Numbered from the stretch's first letter, positions 26,563 to 36,054 are shown. The stretch is 56,655 nt of DNA from an uncultured Candidatus Saccharibacteria bacterium (GCA_964464915.1 CAYXHD010000001.1:1-56655); one strand, 5' to 3'. The notes: a model not told the origin generated them from the sequence alone. A program made the numbers and translations.

Positions 26563-26846
26563 TGGATTCGATTATTCGGAGTTTGATGCAAAGAATAACA
26601 GTTTTGGAACGGGATACCCGCCGTATTACATCCTTTTCCCAAAATGCCAATATTGCATTAGGCGTGCAAACCTTTACCGTAGCGGGTTTACCGACCATCA
26701 CAAATACGGGCGGTACTCAAATCGCGTTTGCCAGTAACGGTCGCAATCCCGGTGAGGGCTTAGGCGCGGGTACAGGCGTGCTGGTGTGGAATGATGGAAC
26801 TAGCGGTTGGCGCACGGTCTATGACGGAACGGCGGTGCTGGCGTGA
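26559..26846 (+). CDS. hypothetical tail-module protein (95 aa)
   Basis: ATGA overlap. Confidence 0.45.
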   Translation: MMDSIIRSLMQRITVLERDTRRITSFSQNANIALGVQTFTVAGLPTITNTGGTQIAFASNGRNPGEGLGAGTGVLVWNDGTSGWRTVYDGTAVLA

Positions 26847-27775
26847 CAGGCTTCTCAAGTAATACCTTTGTCGGGGAAGTGTGGCAAATCACCACCTTTG
26901 ATGGCTTGACCTATCAGGCAAGTGATTATTTTACAAAGGCCGTTTTGACTACGCCGGGTGATTTAGGCTTGCCACCGATTGAACTCATTACCCGCAACCC
27001 CTATAAACAACCTGGCGAGGTGGAACTTAACTACCGCCTACAATCGCGTGATTTTAGCATTCTGCTCGCTACTAAGGGGTGTAGTCGTGAGGCTTACTGG
27101 CAAGCCCGTCAAGATTTGTTACAAGTATGCCGCCCTAATCGTGGAGGCCCGGTGACGGTAACACTTATCCGACCGGATAACACTCGTTTTGCGATTGATG
27201 CTAGATGCCTTACCCCGACGTTTCCTGAGACACCCGTTGAGGAATGGCGCGAATGGGGGTTTACTGAGCAAGTCCAACTAAGGGCGCTACAGCCGACCTT
27301 CTACACGCCTGAACAAGTGACTGATAGTGATGTAGATAATGGTTTTAGTGAGTTGGCGTTTCCGATCACGTTTGACGATGAAAATATCTGGTTTGGTAAT
27401 GAGGATGTGTTTGGTAGCATCATCGTACCTTATACGGGTACGTGGTACTCGATGCCCATTATTGAGATTGATGGCCCATTTGATAACGCCTTAGTGGTGC
27501 ATGAAGATTTAGGGTTATTTGTGCAATATCTAGGCGCGGTGGGTGTTGGATCAACCTTAACCATTGACCTGAGCAGCGTACCCGTGAGTGTGTTAATCAA
27601 CAATACCATCAATGGTTTCGGGTTACTTGGCCCTCAATCTGATTTGTCACAATTCCGATTAGAAGTTGACCCACTAGTCGCAGGTGGGTTGAATCATATC
27701 ACGTTTACTTTACCCGGTTTTACCGCTGAAACTGATGCGCGAATCCTTTATTACACGCGCTGGATAGGAATATAA
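26843..27775 (+). CDS. minor tail protein, possibly distal tail protein (310 aa)
   Basis: GTG start overlapping the upstream stop. Assigned by synteny. Confidence 0.4.
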   Translation: MTGFSSNTFVGEVWQITTFDGLTYQASDYFTKAVLTTPGDLGLPPIELITRNPYKQPGEVELNYRLQSRDFSILLATKGCSREAYWQARQDLLQVCRPNRGGPVTVTLIRPDNTRFAIDARCLTPTFPETPVEEWREWGFTEQVQLRALQPTFYTPEQVTDSDVDNGFSELAFPITFDDENIWFGNEDVFGSIIVPYTGTWYSMPIIEIDGPFDNALVVHEDLGLFVQYLGAVGVGSTLTIDLSSVPVSVLINNTINGFGLLGPQSDLSQFRLEVDPLVAGGLNHITFTLPGFTAETDARILYYTRWIGI

Positions 27776-27776
27776 C

Positions 27777-29162
27777 ATGACTTTAATTGATATTGGTGCA
27801 AGTTTACCGTGGTCGGGGCGTGCGAGTGAAGGCGCGGTTGGGGATGCTGGCCCCTACACCCATCTTGAATGGCAAGGCTTATGGGGGAATGCCTCACCCT
27901 ATGGCGTACAAGCGAACGCCGGGATTGTGCCGGGGTCGTATGCCCCCGCTACCCAACCCACCTATGGCCCGTTAGAGGTACAAGCTACCGTTCCGGCCTC
28001 AGCCGATGTGACCATCACACCCGGTACAGCCATCGTGCAAGGCATCAAATACACGCTTGATACGGCTACGGATGTGACTGTACCCGCCAACGCTAGTGGC
28101 AATCCGCGTATTGATGCGATTGTCCTACGCGCCGATTATGCTGGGCAAACGGTCAGGCCGTATTATCTAACAGGAGTAGCCGCTGCTACCCCATCCGCGC
28201 CAGCCTTAACACGCACGGGCGCGCCAGCGGGATTTTGGGATATTGCACTTGCCTATATTGAGGTTGCTAACGGTTTTGTGAGTATCGCGCAAGTGAGTAT
28301 TCAGGATGGGCGTCAATACATTAGCCCTGACCGACTCGGTATGGCGATTAACCTACCCAGCGGCGCGGGTACTGAGATTTTAGAGGCGGGTTATCCACTT
28401 GCACCTGAGGCAACCGCGTTAGAGTTTTTTACTTCCGCCACACTTGGTAATCATCGCATCGCCGGGGTAGCAGAGCATTACATTGAAAACACACTCGGTT
28501 TATATGGCGGTCGGTTGGTGACACATGGCCTCGCCTATGTCGAAACATCAGCGGCGGTATCGGTTGGTCAGTACCTAGAACAATCGGCCTCAACAGGTCA
28601 AGCACGTGGTACATCCACCCCTGAGAACGCTTTTGGCATCGCCTTAACCGCCTCAACAGGTGCAGGTCAAAAAGTCCTCGCCATTATCACAGCACGTATT
28701 CCGAATCAACCCGCCTATGTCAAAGTTTCGGATGTCAAAGTCAATGGAACTCAGGGAGGTACATTCACATCAGGCGCGTGGCGTACCCGTGATTTAAATA
28801 CTGTGAATAGTGATACGGCGGGGATTGCATCGGTTGCGGCTAATCGAGTGACTTTAGCAGCAGGCACTTATGAATGCCTAATCAGCGCACCTGCGGCACA
28901 AGTAGGAGCACATCAAACGCGCCTCCAAAATATAACAAGTGGAACAACCCTATTGTTAGGTACTAGTGAGTATATCGGATTAGCGAACTTGCTACAAAGT
29001 AGATCGATTATACAAGGTCGTTTTATTTTGGCATCGGCTAGCGCCTTAGAAATTCAACATATATGCTCATCAACATTTGCCACACAGGGATTGGGCGTCG
29101 CAGGTGCTCTTGGAGTAAGTGAAGTGTTTACAATATCAGAATTTTGGAGATTACTCACCTAA
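27777..29162 (+). CDS. putative tail fibre / receptor-binding protein (461 aa)
   Basis: Last large gene of the tail module. Gly/Ala/Thr-rich. Confidence 0.45.
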   Translation: MTLIDIGASLPWSGRASEGAVGDAGPYTHLEWQGLWGNASPYGVQANAGIVPGSYAPATQPTYGPLEVQATVPASADVTITPGTAIVQGIKYTLDTATDVTVPANASGNPRIDAIVLRADYAGQTVRPYYLTGVAAATPSAPALTRTGAPAGFWDIALAYIEVANGFVSIAQVSIQDGRQYISPDRLGMAINLPSGAGTEILEAGYPLAPEATALEFFTSATLGNHRIAGVAEHYIENTLGLYGGRLVTHGLAYVETSAAVSVGQYLEQSASTGQARGTSTPENAFGIALTASTGAGQKVLAIITARIPNQPAYVKVSDVKVNGTQGGTFTSGAWRTRDLNTVNSDTAGIASVAANRVTLAAGTYECLISAPAAQVGAHQTRLQNITSGTTLLLGTSEYIGLANLLQSRSIIQGRFILASASALEIQHICSSTFATQGLGVAGALGVSEVFTISEFWRLLT

Positions 29163-29773
29163 TGGAAGCCTTATTTAGTTTTCTTGAGGCGAATCCCGGT
29201 TATTTTGCCGGGATAGCCATTTTAGGAGCGCTGTTTATCATCTGGCAGATGGCGCGGTTATTTGCGCCGACCTTCGCCAAAAACAGCGATAACAGCCTGC
29301 ACGCTAATGAAGTGTCGCAGGGCTTAGTGGATATTATGGGTAAACACCTCGTCGGTCAACAGGCCATTTTAGAGGCGTTGACCCAAACGCAGAACCGCCA
29401 AATTGAACTCTTAGCGAGTATCAATGCCCGTCATGAAAGTAATACAGGTAAACTTGAACTGGTAAGCGCCAGCATCGAAAAGATGTTAACCCAAGATACC
29501 GCTAAATTTAGTACCATTGATTTGACATTAGCCACTGTGATGAATATCAATACTTTACTGACGCAGTTTGAAAAAGAAATACCCGGCGTCAAGGCTATTT
29601 TAAATCTTATTAGTGAGCGGTTATTTCAAGTCCACAAAACAGTTACTAAAATTTCAGATGATACCCAACCTATATCAATAACCGTGATTGATTCGATTAA
29701 ACCCTTACCAGAGGAAAAGGATAACCATGAAACGCAACGTGATATTTCGCCAGTTAGTGAACCTGTTGGATGA
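29162..29773 (+). CDS. membrane-anchored coiled-coil protein (203 aa)
   Basis: TAATG overlap start. N-terminal helix FAGIAILGALFIIWQMARLF. Confidence 0.5.
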   Translation: MEALFSFLEANPGYFAGIAILGALFIIWQMARLFAPTFAKNSDNSLHANEVSQGLVDIMGKHLVGQQAILEALTQTQNRQIELLASINARHESNTGKLELVSASIEKMLTQDTAKFSTIDLTLATVMNINTLLTQFEKEIPGVKAILNLISERLFQVHKTVTKISDDTQPISITVIDSIKPLPEEKDNHETQRDISPVSEPVG

Positions 29774-30155
29774 TACTGATTTATGGATTGCGCTTGTATT
29801 TGCCGCCGCCGCCGCGTTTTTTAGCTATTCATCGTGGGTAGCACCTGCTTACCGTGATGAGATGGTGTTGGCTTCTATCGCAGGTGCGATTGCTAGTGCA
29901 ACGGGCGTGCGTGGTGTACTGTTGGCGTTTGCCGCTAGTCATGCTACTACGTTAGTCGAGTTAGTAGATGAAAGTATTGACGCAGTAGAAAAGGCCGCTG
30001 GGGTAAATCTGGTTCCTGACGATTTACAAGCACTCGGTTTACAGGCACTTTTGAAAGTGTTACAAGACTTAAAAGATAACGCCGCAACGGTTGAGGCGGT
30101 CAGTGAATTGCAAGCGGTTGAGGATAAGATTAAGGCGTTATGGCCTAAAGGGTAG
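29727..30155 (+). CDS. membrane protein (142 aa)
   Basis: AAGGA 6 nt upstream of the ATG at 29727. Two hydrophobic segments. Confidence 0.5.
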   Translation: MKRNVIFRQLVNLLDDTDLWIALVFAAAAAFFSYSSWVAPAYRDEMVLASIAGAIASATGVRGVLLAFAASHATTLVELVDESIDAVEKAAGVNLVPDDLQALGLQALLKVLQDLKDNAATVEAVSELQAVEDKIKALWPKG

Positions 30156-30173
30156 TTTACCGATGTCGGTAAA
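30156..30173. repeat. palindrome family copy, intergenic
   Basis: TTTACCGATGTCGGTAAA, starting at the first nt after the last late-operon stop and 5 nt before the terminator. Confidence 0.85.
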
Positions 30174-30178
30174 GTTTA

Positions 30179-30205
30179 AAGAGGCTAGTTGATAGCCTCT
30201 TTTTG
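30179..30205. terminator. terminator between the convergent late and early-left operons
   Basis: AAGAGGCTA-gttga-TAGCCTCTT followed by TTTGG. Confidence 0.7.
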
Positions 30206-30221
30206 GTTACTTGGCAGAAAC

Positions 30222-30422
30222 TCACTTATCCTGATTTTGTTTTTCTATCTGTTCGATAGCCCTCTGGCGGCGTTCTTCCTCTCGCTTAATGCGCTTTCCT
30301 TCCGGCGTTTTATCAAATAGAATCCGGTCAACCTCATCACGCGATAACGGCCTCGGATACAATAACATCCTTATCCATTCTTCTTGCGTAATTCCATCTG
30401 GCTTAGCAAATGGGTTTTTCAT
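30222..30422 (-). CDS. hypothetical protein (66 aa)
   Basis: GAGGAG upstream. Last gene of the leftward operon. Confidence 0.5.
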   Translation of the reverse strand: MKNPFAKPDGITQEEWIRMLLYPRPLSRDEVDRILFDKTPEGKRIKREEERRQRAIEQIEKQNQDK

Positions 30423-30459
30423 CGCTCCTCGCTTTCTGGATAATCCGGGTTATTGATGA

Positions 30460-30801
30460 CTATTTTCCTTCAGGTCGCCACTTTTCAAGAATGGCGAATA
30501 ATCTTGCCTGTGGCCCGTCATCCTCAAAGTCATCTTCGTAATCGCCCCAAGCTGCTGAGACCACGCCGCACACCTCATACATGAGGTTATTGAGGCGCAC
30601 AATTTCACGCGCTAAATGCGAAATATCCTCAAGGCTTTCAGACAGTAAAATATCACTGTCGTTTGCTTGCACGGGTACGCACATCTGCCACCGACCACGA
30701 CCGCACAGGCGATAAACCTCTGCCTCGGCCTTTGCGCGTCGTTCCAAAATTTTGTCAAGTTCGTCTATTGCATTAACTCGTACTGGGTGTTGATAGGTCA
30801 T
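30460..30801 (-). CDS. hypothetical protein (113 aa)
   Basis: ORF in the leftward operon. Confidence 0.5.
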   Translation of the reverse strand: MTYQHPVRVNAIDELDKILERRAKAEAEVYRLCGRGRWQMCVPVQANDSDILLSESLEDISHLAREIVRLNNLMYEVCGVVSAAWGDYEDDFEDDGPQARLFAILEKWRPEGK

Positions 30802-30856
30802 TGATTGATACCTTTCGGGCCTATGGCCTAATTGCGTTTACAGAATGGGTGTTTCG

Positions 30857-31186
30857 TTAATCAATTTCTAGCGGGTACATATCGGCTAAGTCGCTGTCGT
30901 CGCCGTAAACGTCGGACGGTTTACCCCAACCGCGAATGATAAGTGTGCCGTCTTTGGTTTCAGTTGATATTGGGCTGCTTTCAACGTCAGTATATTCATC
31001 CTCATCTACCGGGTTGTAGGCTTTCCCGTCATGCCACGCATACAATACCTCCGCATCTTCGTTGATGACATCAAACCATTCGGTAGGGTCTGCGATGCTC
31101 ATTTCCTTCGCGGCAGCGTTGGCACTTTCCAGAGTATCAAATGGGTCTGGACACCCGCCATTGCGCGAACCAATTAGATATTCCAT
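30857..31186 (-). CDS. strongly acidic small protein (109 aa)
   Basis: ATG one nt after the upstream stop. 27 Asp+Glu against 6 Arg+Lys by hand count. Confidence 0.5.
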   Translation of the reverse strand: MEYLIGSRNGGCPDPFDTLESANAAAKEMSIADPTEWFDVINEDAEVLYAWHDGKAYNPVDEDEYTDVESSPISTETKDGTLIIRGWGKPSDVYGDDSDLADMYPLEID

Positions 31187-31187
31187 T

Positions 31188-31460
31188 TTACAAGCCCTTT
31201 CCATGCAGGATAATCTCAATACCGATCAACGGGGTTGACTCTGCCTGCATCCGGCGATAGGCTAACCACCCCTTGTCTGTAAGTCGCCTATACCATCCAT
31301 AACGACTATCGTGTGATTCTTCAATTAAGCCTGCTAATTGAAGCGCTTTTGATTCATCATTTGTCATGGGGCAGGACACCCAACTTGGCACATTTTCACT
31401 ACCCCCTTCGTTGCCTAGATTGCGAATGATGCGTTGTATAGATTCATCATATAAAGCCAT
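31188..31460 (-). CDS. hypothetical protein (90 aa)
   Basis: GGGAGGG about 10 nt upstream of the ATG at 31460. Confidence 0.5.
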   Translation of the reverse strand: MALYDESIQRIIRNLGNEGGSENVPSWVSCPMTNDESKALQLAGLIEESHDSRYGWYRRLTDKGWLAYRRMQAESTPLIGIEIILHGKGL

Positions 31461-31501
31461 TTGAAGCCCTTTCCCTCCCGATAGGGTGAACCGAGTTATG
31501 C

Positions 31502-31999
31502 CTAGCGATGTTGCTTCAGTAGAGTAGCCATATGGTCGAAAGCGTCCCATCTAAAATCTGGTGGGCAACTGTAGACAACCTCGCCATCAACTAGCCTCAT
31601 TCCAAACGCCTGTACAAGTTCATCGCCCATGCGTTTCCATTCTGCCAATGCAGTTTCGTTTTTTTTCTTATCTTCCATCTCTTGGCGGACGGCCAACACA
31701 ATAAAATCCATGTAAGGCCAATCAGCATCACCGTCAACAATAGTGGAAACTTCATCAAGCACCTTCGTCATGCGTTCTTCTGTATCCCACATCGTCAAGA
31801 TCAAATGATGCAATTTATCTTGGATTGAGCCTTCCTCAGCAGGGATAACACAACCCGCGTCGTCAACCAAAACATGACGATAAAGGATTTCTTTTGGGTC
31901 ATGGACAATTAGGCCGACTGGAAGTTTTTCTTTCACTTTCCAGATTGACCCGTCGGGGAACGTCACGGTTTTCAAAATTTCAGACTTTGGTTTACTCAT
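31502..31999 (-). CDS. hypothetical protein (165 aa)
   Basis: ORF in the leftward operon. Confidence 0.55.
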   Translation of the reverse strand: MSKPKSEILKTVTFPDGSIWKVKEKLPVGLIVHDPKEILYRHVLVDDAGCVIPAEEGSIQDKLHHLILTMWDTEERMTKVLDEVSTIVDGDADWPYMDFIVLAVRQEMEDKKKNETALAEWKRMGDELVQAFGMRLVDGEVVYSCPPDFRWDAFDHMATLLKQHR

Positions 32000-32042
32000 C
32001 CCTTGAACCCTTTCTTATGCAGAATATCGCTTATCCTGATTC

Positions 32043-33287
32043 TCAACTTGAAACTAACACAAGCTGCTCAATTACTTTCGTACCGCGCCCAGAAACGACA
32101 GGAATTAAAGCGTCTGCCATGATGTTTTCGGGATCATCTAGCCCGCCCTCCCAATGTTCGGGCCATGTATTCAAATCCCATAGTTCGCGGATTCTGGTCT
32201 GCTCTATCTCGTTGACTAAATCCACTCCAGCACGGTGCTGAATATCAAGAATACGTTCAAGACCATAGGCGCGTCCTGCCATCGTCAATGGGCCTATGCG
32301 TTGCGGTCTTGCCAGCGTCGTTCCGTCCTTTTTCTTTTCAGCAACCTTCCGAAGCCGCCATTTATAGCTTTTTAATTCATCCAATAACGGGCGAATTTCG
32401 AGCAGCGGCGCTAACTCTGGTTTGACTTTTACCATAGCTTCTAAAGCGCGGTCTTTTGATACTAATGGACACCCTACGCAACCCGTCCGGTTTTCTTCAT
32501 TGTCACCATAGGCGGCTGCAATATCACTAAGGTAGGCGAATCCGTGACCGCGTTCATATCCGCACACGGCCGCCCACTTATCAGAGTGCCAAAAATAAAG
32601 CCAATCCCACACCCAACACGCTCTCCAATGAAGTAACGGCGCAAGCGTGGCGGTCAACGCTTGGCTACCCATTGCCTGAAACCATCCTTGTCCACATTCT
32701 CCGCCATTTGATGTGCAACTAATGGCGATTTTTGCGTCTCGTGATGCGCTTTCACCTTGCCGCACACCTGTTAGTTGGATAAATCGCTTACCCTCATTGG
32801 TGTGCAACCTTTCAAGCTCCGCTAACATTGGGTCGAGTTTCAACTTTTGCGTACACCATCGAAAATGGTTAGAAGGCGGTGCTACACCACGCCCCAATAT
32901 GTACACATAAAACCGATGATCTAGCTTTGGCAAAACAGCCTTTGCCTCAAAGCCGAGAGCGCGTATTTCGGCAAGGAAGCGGGTAGCGGTATCAAACAGT
33001 GCGGGTAACTCTTGTCGTGTATCGGCATACAACACAGTTAAGGATTCAGGCCGCTTAACCAATCCATTTTGAATAGCCCACAGCACAAATGAAGTAGTGG
33101 CGCTTGAATCCTTGCCGCCGCTGTAGGCAATGCCCCAATGTGGATATAGCTCGGCATAGGCTTTTAAACTGGCAATAGATAATTCAATCGCCGCACCCAT
33201 GCTGGCTCGTTCGGATTCCCATAACGATTGTTGCTGCCTGCCGTTGACTTTGATTTTTTTGCTTGGGAAATACAATTTAGCCATCAT
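32043..33287 (-). CDS. DndC-like PP-loop ATP pyrophosphatase (PAPS-reductase superfamily, 414 aa)
   Basis: AYSGGKDSS (PP-loop), FRWCTQKLKLDP, LTGVRQGESASR, Cys motifs C-x5-C and NRTGCVGCPLVSKD, and a C-terminal RIGPLTMAGR...IRELW block collinear with DndC. Confidence 0.7.
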   Translation of the reverse strand: MMAKLYFPSKKIKVNGRQQQSLWESERASMGAAIELSIASLKAYAELYPHWGIAYSGGKDSSATTSFVLWAIQNGLVKRPESLTVLYADTRQELPALFDTATRFLAEIRALGFEAKAVLPKLDHRFYVYILGRGVAPPSNHFRWCTQKLKLDPMLAELERLHTNEGKRFIQLTGVRQGESASRDAKIAISCTSNGGECGQGWFQAMGSQALTATLAPLLHWRACWVWDWLYFWHSDKWAAVCGYERGHGFAYLSDIAAAYGDNEENRTGCVGCPLVSKDRALEAMVKVKPELAPLLEIRPLLDELKSYKWRLRKVAEKKKDGTTLARPQRIGPLTMAGRAYGLERILDIQHRAGVDLVNEIEQTRIRELWDLNTWPEHWEGGLDDPENIMADALIPVVSGRGTKVIEQLVLVSS

Positions 33288-33335
33288 TATTCCATTCCTA
33301 CTGAGAATCCACTTTCACCTGATTACGCCGTCGCC

Positions 33336-33761
33336 TCAAATAACATCAGCTTTATCTACCACAATCAATCCCGTCTTGACCGCGCTGCCTTTAGGCCGCA
33401 CACGATAGAGGGTATGCCCCCCTAACGCCGGGCGTATTTCAATCACCCACTTACCGCGTATAACCTCAACCGCTTGACCATACTCCCAGCCCATCGGCGG
33501 TGCGCTTACCTGACAGTGAATATTGTGGCGTTCAAGTTTAACCGTCTTGGGTTGGGCTGAGGCAAACTCGCACACGTCGCTACAATAGCCGTTATCGAGT
33601 TGTGGGGTAGGTTTACCACAATAACGACACGCCGGGGCATCGGCTAAATGACCGCTACCTTTGCAGCGCGTACAGACGTGCGATTGACGGCGTACCCACG
33701 TTTTACCGCGCAGGGCAAGTTCGTAGATTACGCCGTCGCCTTGACAATCAGGGCAGTTCAT
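33336..33761 (-). CDS. DnaJ-type zinc-finger protein (141 aa)
   Basis: CPDCQGDG and CTRCKGSG (C-x-x-C-x-G-x-G) repeats. AGGTG upstream of the ATG at 33761. Confidence 0.6.
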   Translation of the reverse strand: MNCPDCQGDGVIYELALRGKTWVRRQSHVCTRCKGSGHLADAPACRYCGKPTPQLDNGYCSDVCEFASAQPKTVKLERHNIHCQVSAPPMGWEYGQAVEVIRGKWVIEIRPALGGHTLYRVRPKGSAVKTGLIVVDKADVI

Positions 33762-33987
33762 AAACACCTACCAATCCCATCGCCTTGAGTTCTTCGATTG
33801 TCACATCACTACCATCGGGTACTTGCGGTTCCCCAATAAACCGATTGTGTAGCAATGCCTTATTTTGAGCGATAACACGCGGGTCAGTATTGCGTAAAAA
33901 CCATGCTAATCCGCGTTCATCATGCCACGTATGCCAGATGGTAGTATTATTCGGGTCAGGTGTGTTAAATACCCACTTATTCATCAT
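33748..33987 (-). CDS. hypothetical protein (79 aa)
   Basis: ORF in the leftward operon. Confidence 0.5.
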   Translation of the reverse strand: MMNKWVFNTPDPNNTTIWHTWHDERGLAWFLRNTDPRVIAQNKALLHNRFIGEPQVPDGSDVTIEELKAMGLVGVYELP

Positions 33988-34073
33988 TATGCCTTTCTCA
34001 TATCGTATGACCCCTCATCATCGGATGGGTCGTAAATCATCTCATCTGCTACTTGCTCAGGAATATCAATCCG

Positions 34074-34511
34074 CTAGCGACTAGGCCGCAACGTTGCGGG
34101 TTGCGGTGGGGCGGATTGTTCCACTACCTCAAATGCCTCAAGGGTGTTCATGACATCCACTAACGCCCACAACTCATCAAGCATTTGTTGACCCGTCGTA
34201 GTCTCATCAAAACAGTTAATGGTCACTTGGCGGGTGATACCCGGTGCGACCTGCACCGCAACATCCCCAAAAATCTGCACCCGTGCCTCATCATGGATAT
34301 TCTGAGGATAGGTATTGCGGGTAAATACCGGGTCATTCGATGCCACAATCACGCGCTTACCCTCACGCGCCGCTTGACATGCCGCTACGTATTGAACCCG
34401 CGTTTCCTGTAGCATGTCGGGTGTCCAACCGAACCGCACGGTGACACTGTAGGTCATGCGGTTGGGTTTATCGTTATACTTCCAAAGGGTGTACGTGCTA
34501 GGGATGGTCAT
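34074..34511 (-). CDS. hypothetical protein (145 aa)
   Basis: Starts 3 nt after the upstream stop. Confidence 0.55.
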   Translation of the reverse strand: MTIPSTYTLWKYNDKPNRMTYSVTVRFGWTPDMLQETRVQYVAACQAAREGKRVIVASNDPVFTRNTYPQNIHDEARVQIFGDVAVQVAPGITRQVTINCFDETTTGQQMLDELWALVDVMNTLEAFEVVEQSAPPQPATLRPSR

Positions 34512-34513
34512 GA

Positions 34514-34969
34514 TTACGCCTGCCCTTCTGCGATGACAAAAACGAGATAGTCACCATCTTCATCGGCACTGTCTGAAATACGGATGTACGGCGTGTCAAG
34601 CCCTTGCATATTAATCAGGCAGATGGATTCATAACTCCCCGCAAAAAACAAATGCGGCTGACGCATCGCCAGTTCGCCAAACTCACCCAGCAGGACGCGG
34701 CGGACTGACTTAGGCTCATTCTCGGTATGTTCTTGATACAGCAGGGGCTTAGGCGCGTCAATTGTGGCGGGTAATTCATCCACCGCTACGAGGTCGGATG
34801 CACGTAACCAATAATATTGTGGGCTGAAATGTACCCGATAACGCAAGATGTCATCGTCACTTGATTCTACGATACCAATTTTGTCCACTGTTTCCTCAGC
34901 CGCTATTTTGGCTAATTCATCCTTACTCGACACGACCTTAACCCGTTGACCAACTTTAAATGATGCCAT
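34514..34969 (-). CDS. hypothetical protein (151 aa), first gene of the leftward early operon
   Basis: GGAGG upstream. Lies downstream of promoter 34996..35024. Confidence 0.6.
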   Translation of the reverse strand: MASFKVGQRVKVVSSKDELAKIAAEETVDKIGIVESSDDDILRYRVHFSPQYYWLRASDLVAVDELPATIDAPKPLLYQEHTENEPKSVRRVLLGEFGELAMRQPHLFFAGSYESICLINMQGLDTPYIRISDSADEDGDYLVFVIAEGQA

Positions 34970-34995
34970 TGCAATTTACCTCCGTATGCTTAAAC

Positions 34996-35024
34996 ACTTG
35001 AACTCAGTATAAATCTATTCACTC
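34996..35024 (-). promoter_or_regulatory. sigma70 consensus-like promoter (leftward early)
   Basis: On the minus strand, TTGACT-17-TATACT. Confidence 0.6.
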
Positions 35025-35041
35025 GTAAAGTCAATAATATA

Positions 35042-35070
35042 TTGCCTAAAATGTCAAATTGTACTATACT
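35042..35070 (+). promoter_or_regulatory. sigma70-like promoter (rightward early)
   Basis: TTGCCT-17-TATACT. The -10 context CTATACTAAGT is shared with 47984. Confidence 0.6.
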
Positions 35071-35096
35071 AAGTCTATCTATAGAAAGGATAGGTT

Positions 35097-35366
35097 ATGA
35101 CTGTGAAAATGCGAATCATTGAGGCCAAACAAAAACGCGGTAACGTTTCGCGCTGGCAACCCGTCTATGCTCAATTGTTGAGCTTGCCGGATGGCAAAAC
35201 GTTAGAGGTTAATCTCGGTAGTTATGCTGAGGCGGAAAAACTCAAAAATGCCATGTATACCTACGCCAAACGGCACGCTTTTAAGGTATCGGTATGTTAC
35301 GGCATGGCGTCAAAAACAAGTACCACACTCTATATCGAAAGGCTAGGAGGCGATGGGAACTCGTAA
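35097..35366 (+). CDS. hypothetical protein (89 aa)
   Basis: AGAAAGGATA RBS context. Confidence 0.55.
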   Translation: MTVKMRIIEAKQKRGNVSRWQPVYAQLLSLPDGKTLEVNLGSYAEAEKLKNAMYTYAKRHAFKVSVCYGMASKTSTTLYIERLGGDGNS

Positions 35367-35565
35367 TCACAATCGTCAGTATGTCGTAGTACGTTTTGAC
35401 CGAAGTCAACGCCCCATCGTAAAAACGAATATTGTGTATGCCACCTGCGATAAAGCGGCGGCGGATGTGACGTGTGCTAAACGTATCACCAGCGCCAAAC
35501 CTGATGAGTATTTTGAGGCCATGCGCCGTTCAACCTATGAGATGTACTATATGGAGGATAAATAA
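35353..35565 (+). CDS. hypothetical protein (70 aa)
   Basis: AGGAGG upstream. Confidence 0.5.
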   Translation: MGTRNHNRQYVVVRFDRSQRPIVKTNIVYATCDKAAADVTCAKRITSAKPDEYFEAMRRSTYEMYYMEDK

Positions 35566-35568
35566 ACT

Positions 35569-36054
35569 ATGACTAACATTAAAGCGTTATCACCGCATGG
35601 ATTCACGATTGAAATTACCTGCCCCGAATCCGAAAGTGACCCGTTTTCATGGTTACTCGATATTGACAAATGGTTAGCTGATAATCATTTTGCGCCATTA
35701 CCTATTCCTAAATCCGGCGGCGGGAATTGGAATAAAGACGGCAAGTCAAATACACCGCGTAATTGGATTGAGGCGGAGGGCAATAGCCTATACGTTTATT
35801 TTGCGTGGTCAGGCAGAGATAAGGCCGAAAATGACGCCAACAAAAAGGCATGGCTTGAAAAGATTCAGGCCGCAACGGGTGTCATGGGTACGACTGAACA
35901 TGAGTTGTTTGGCAAAGACTCCAAAGGTCGTGACATCTGGACTTATGTCTACCCAGTGGTTAAAGGCCGCGAGTTGTTGGAAGTGTTACCGCCCGATGAA
36001 TTTGAACGTAAACCCAAACTACAAGCTCGTTTAGATGCTAAAAAGGATAAATAA
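35569..36054 (+). CDS. hypothetical protein (161 aa)
   Basis: Tightly packed ORF. Confidence 0.55.
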   Translation: MTNIKALSPHGFTIEITCPESESDPFSWLLDIDKWLADNHFAPLPIPKSGGGNWNKDGKSNTPRNWIEAEGNSLYVYFAWSGRDKAENDANKKAWLEKIQAATGVMGTTEHELFGKDSKGRDIWTYVYPVVKGRELLEVLPPDEFERKPKLQARLDAKKDK

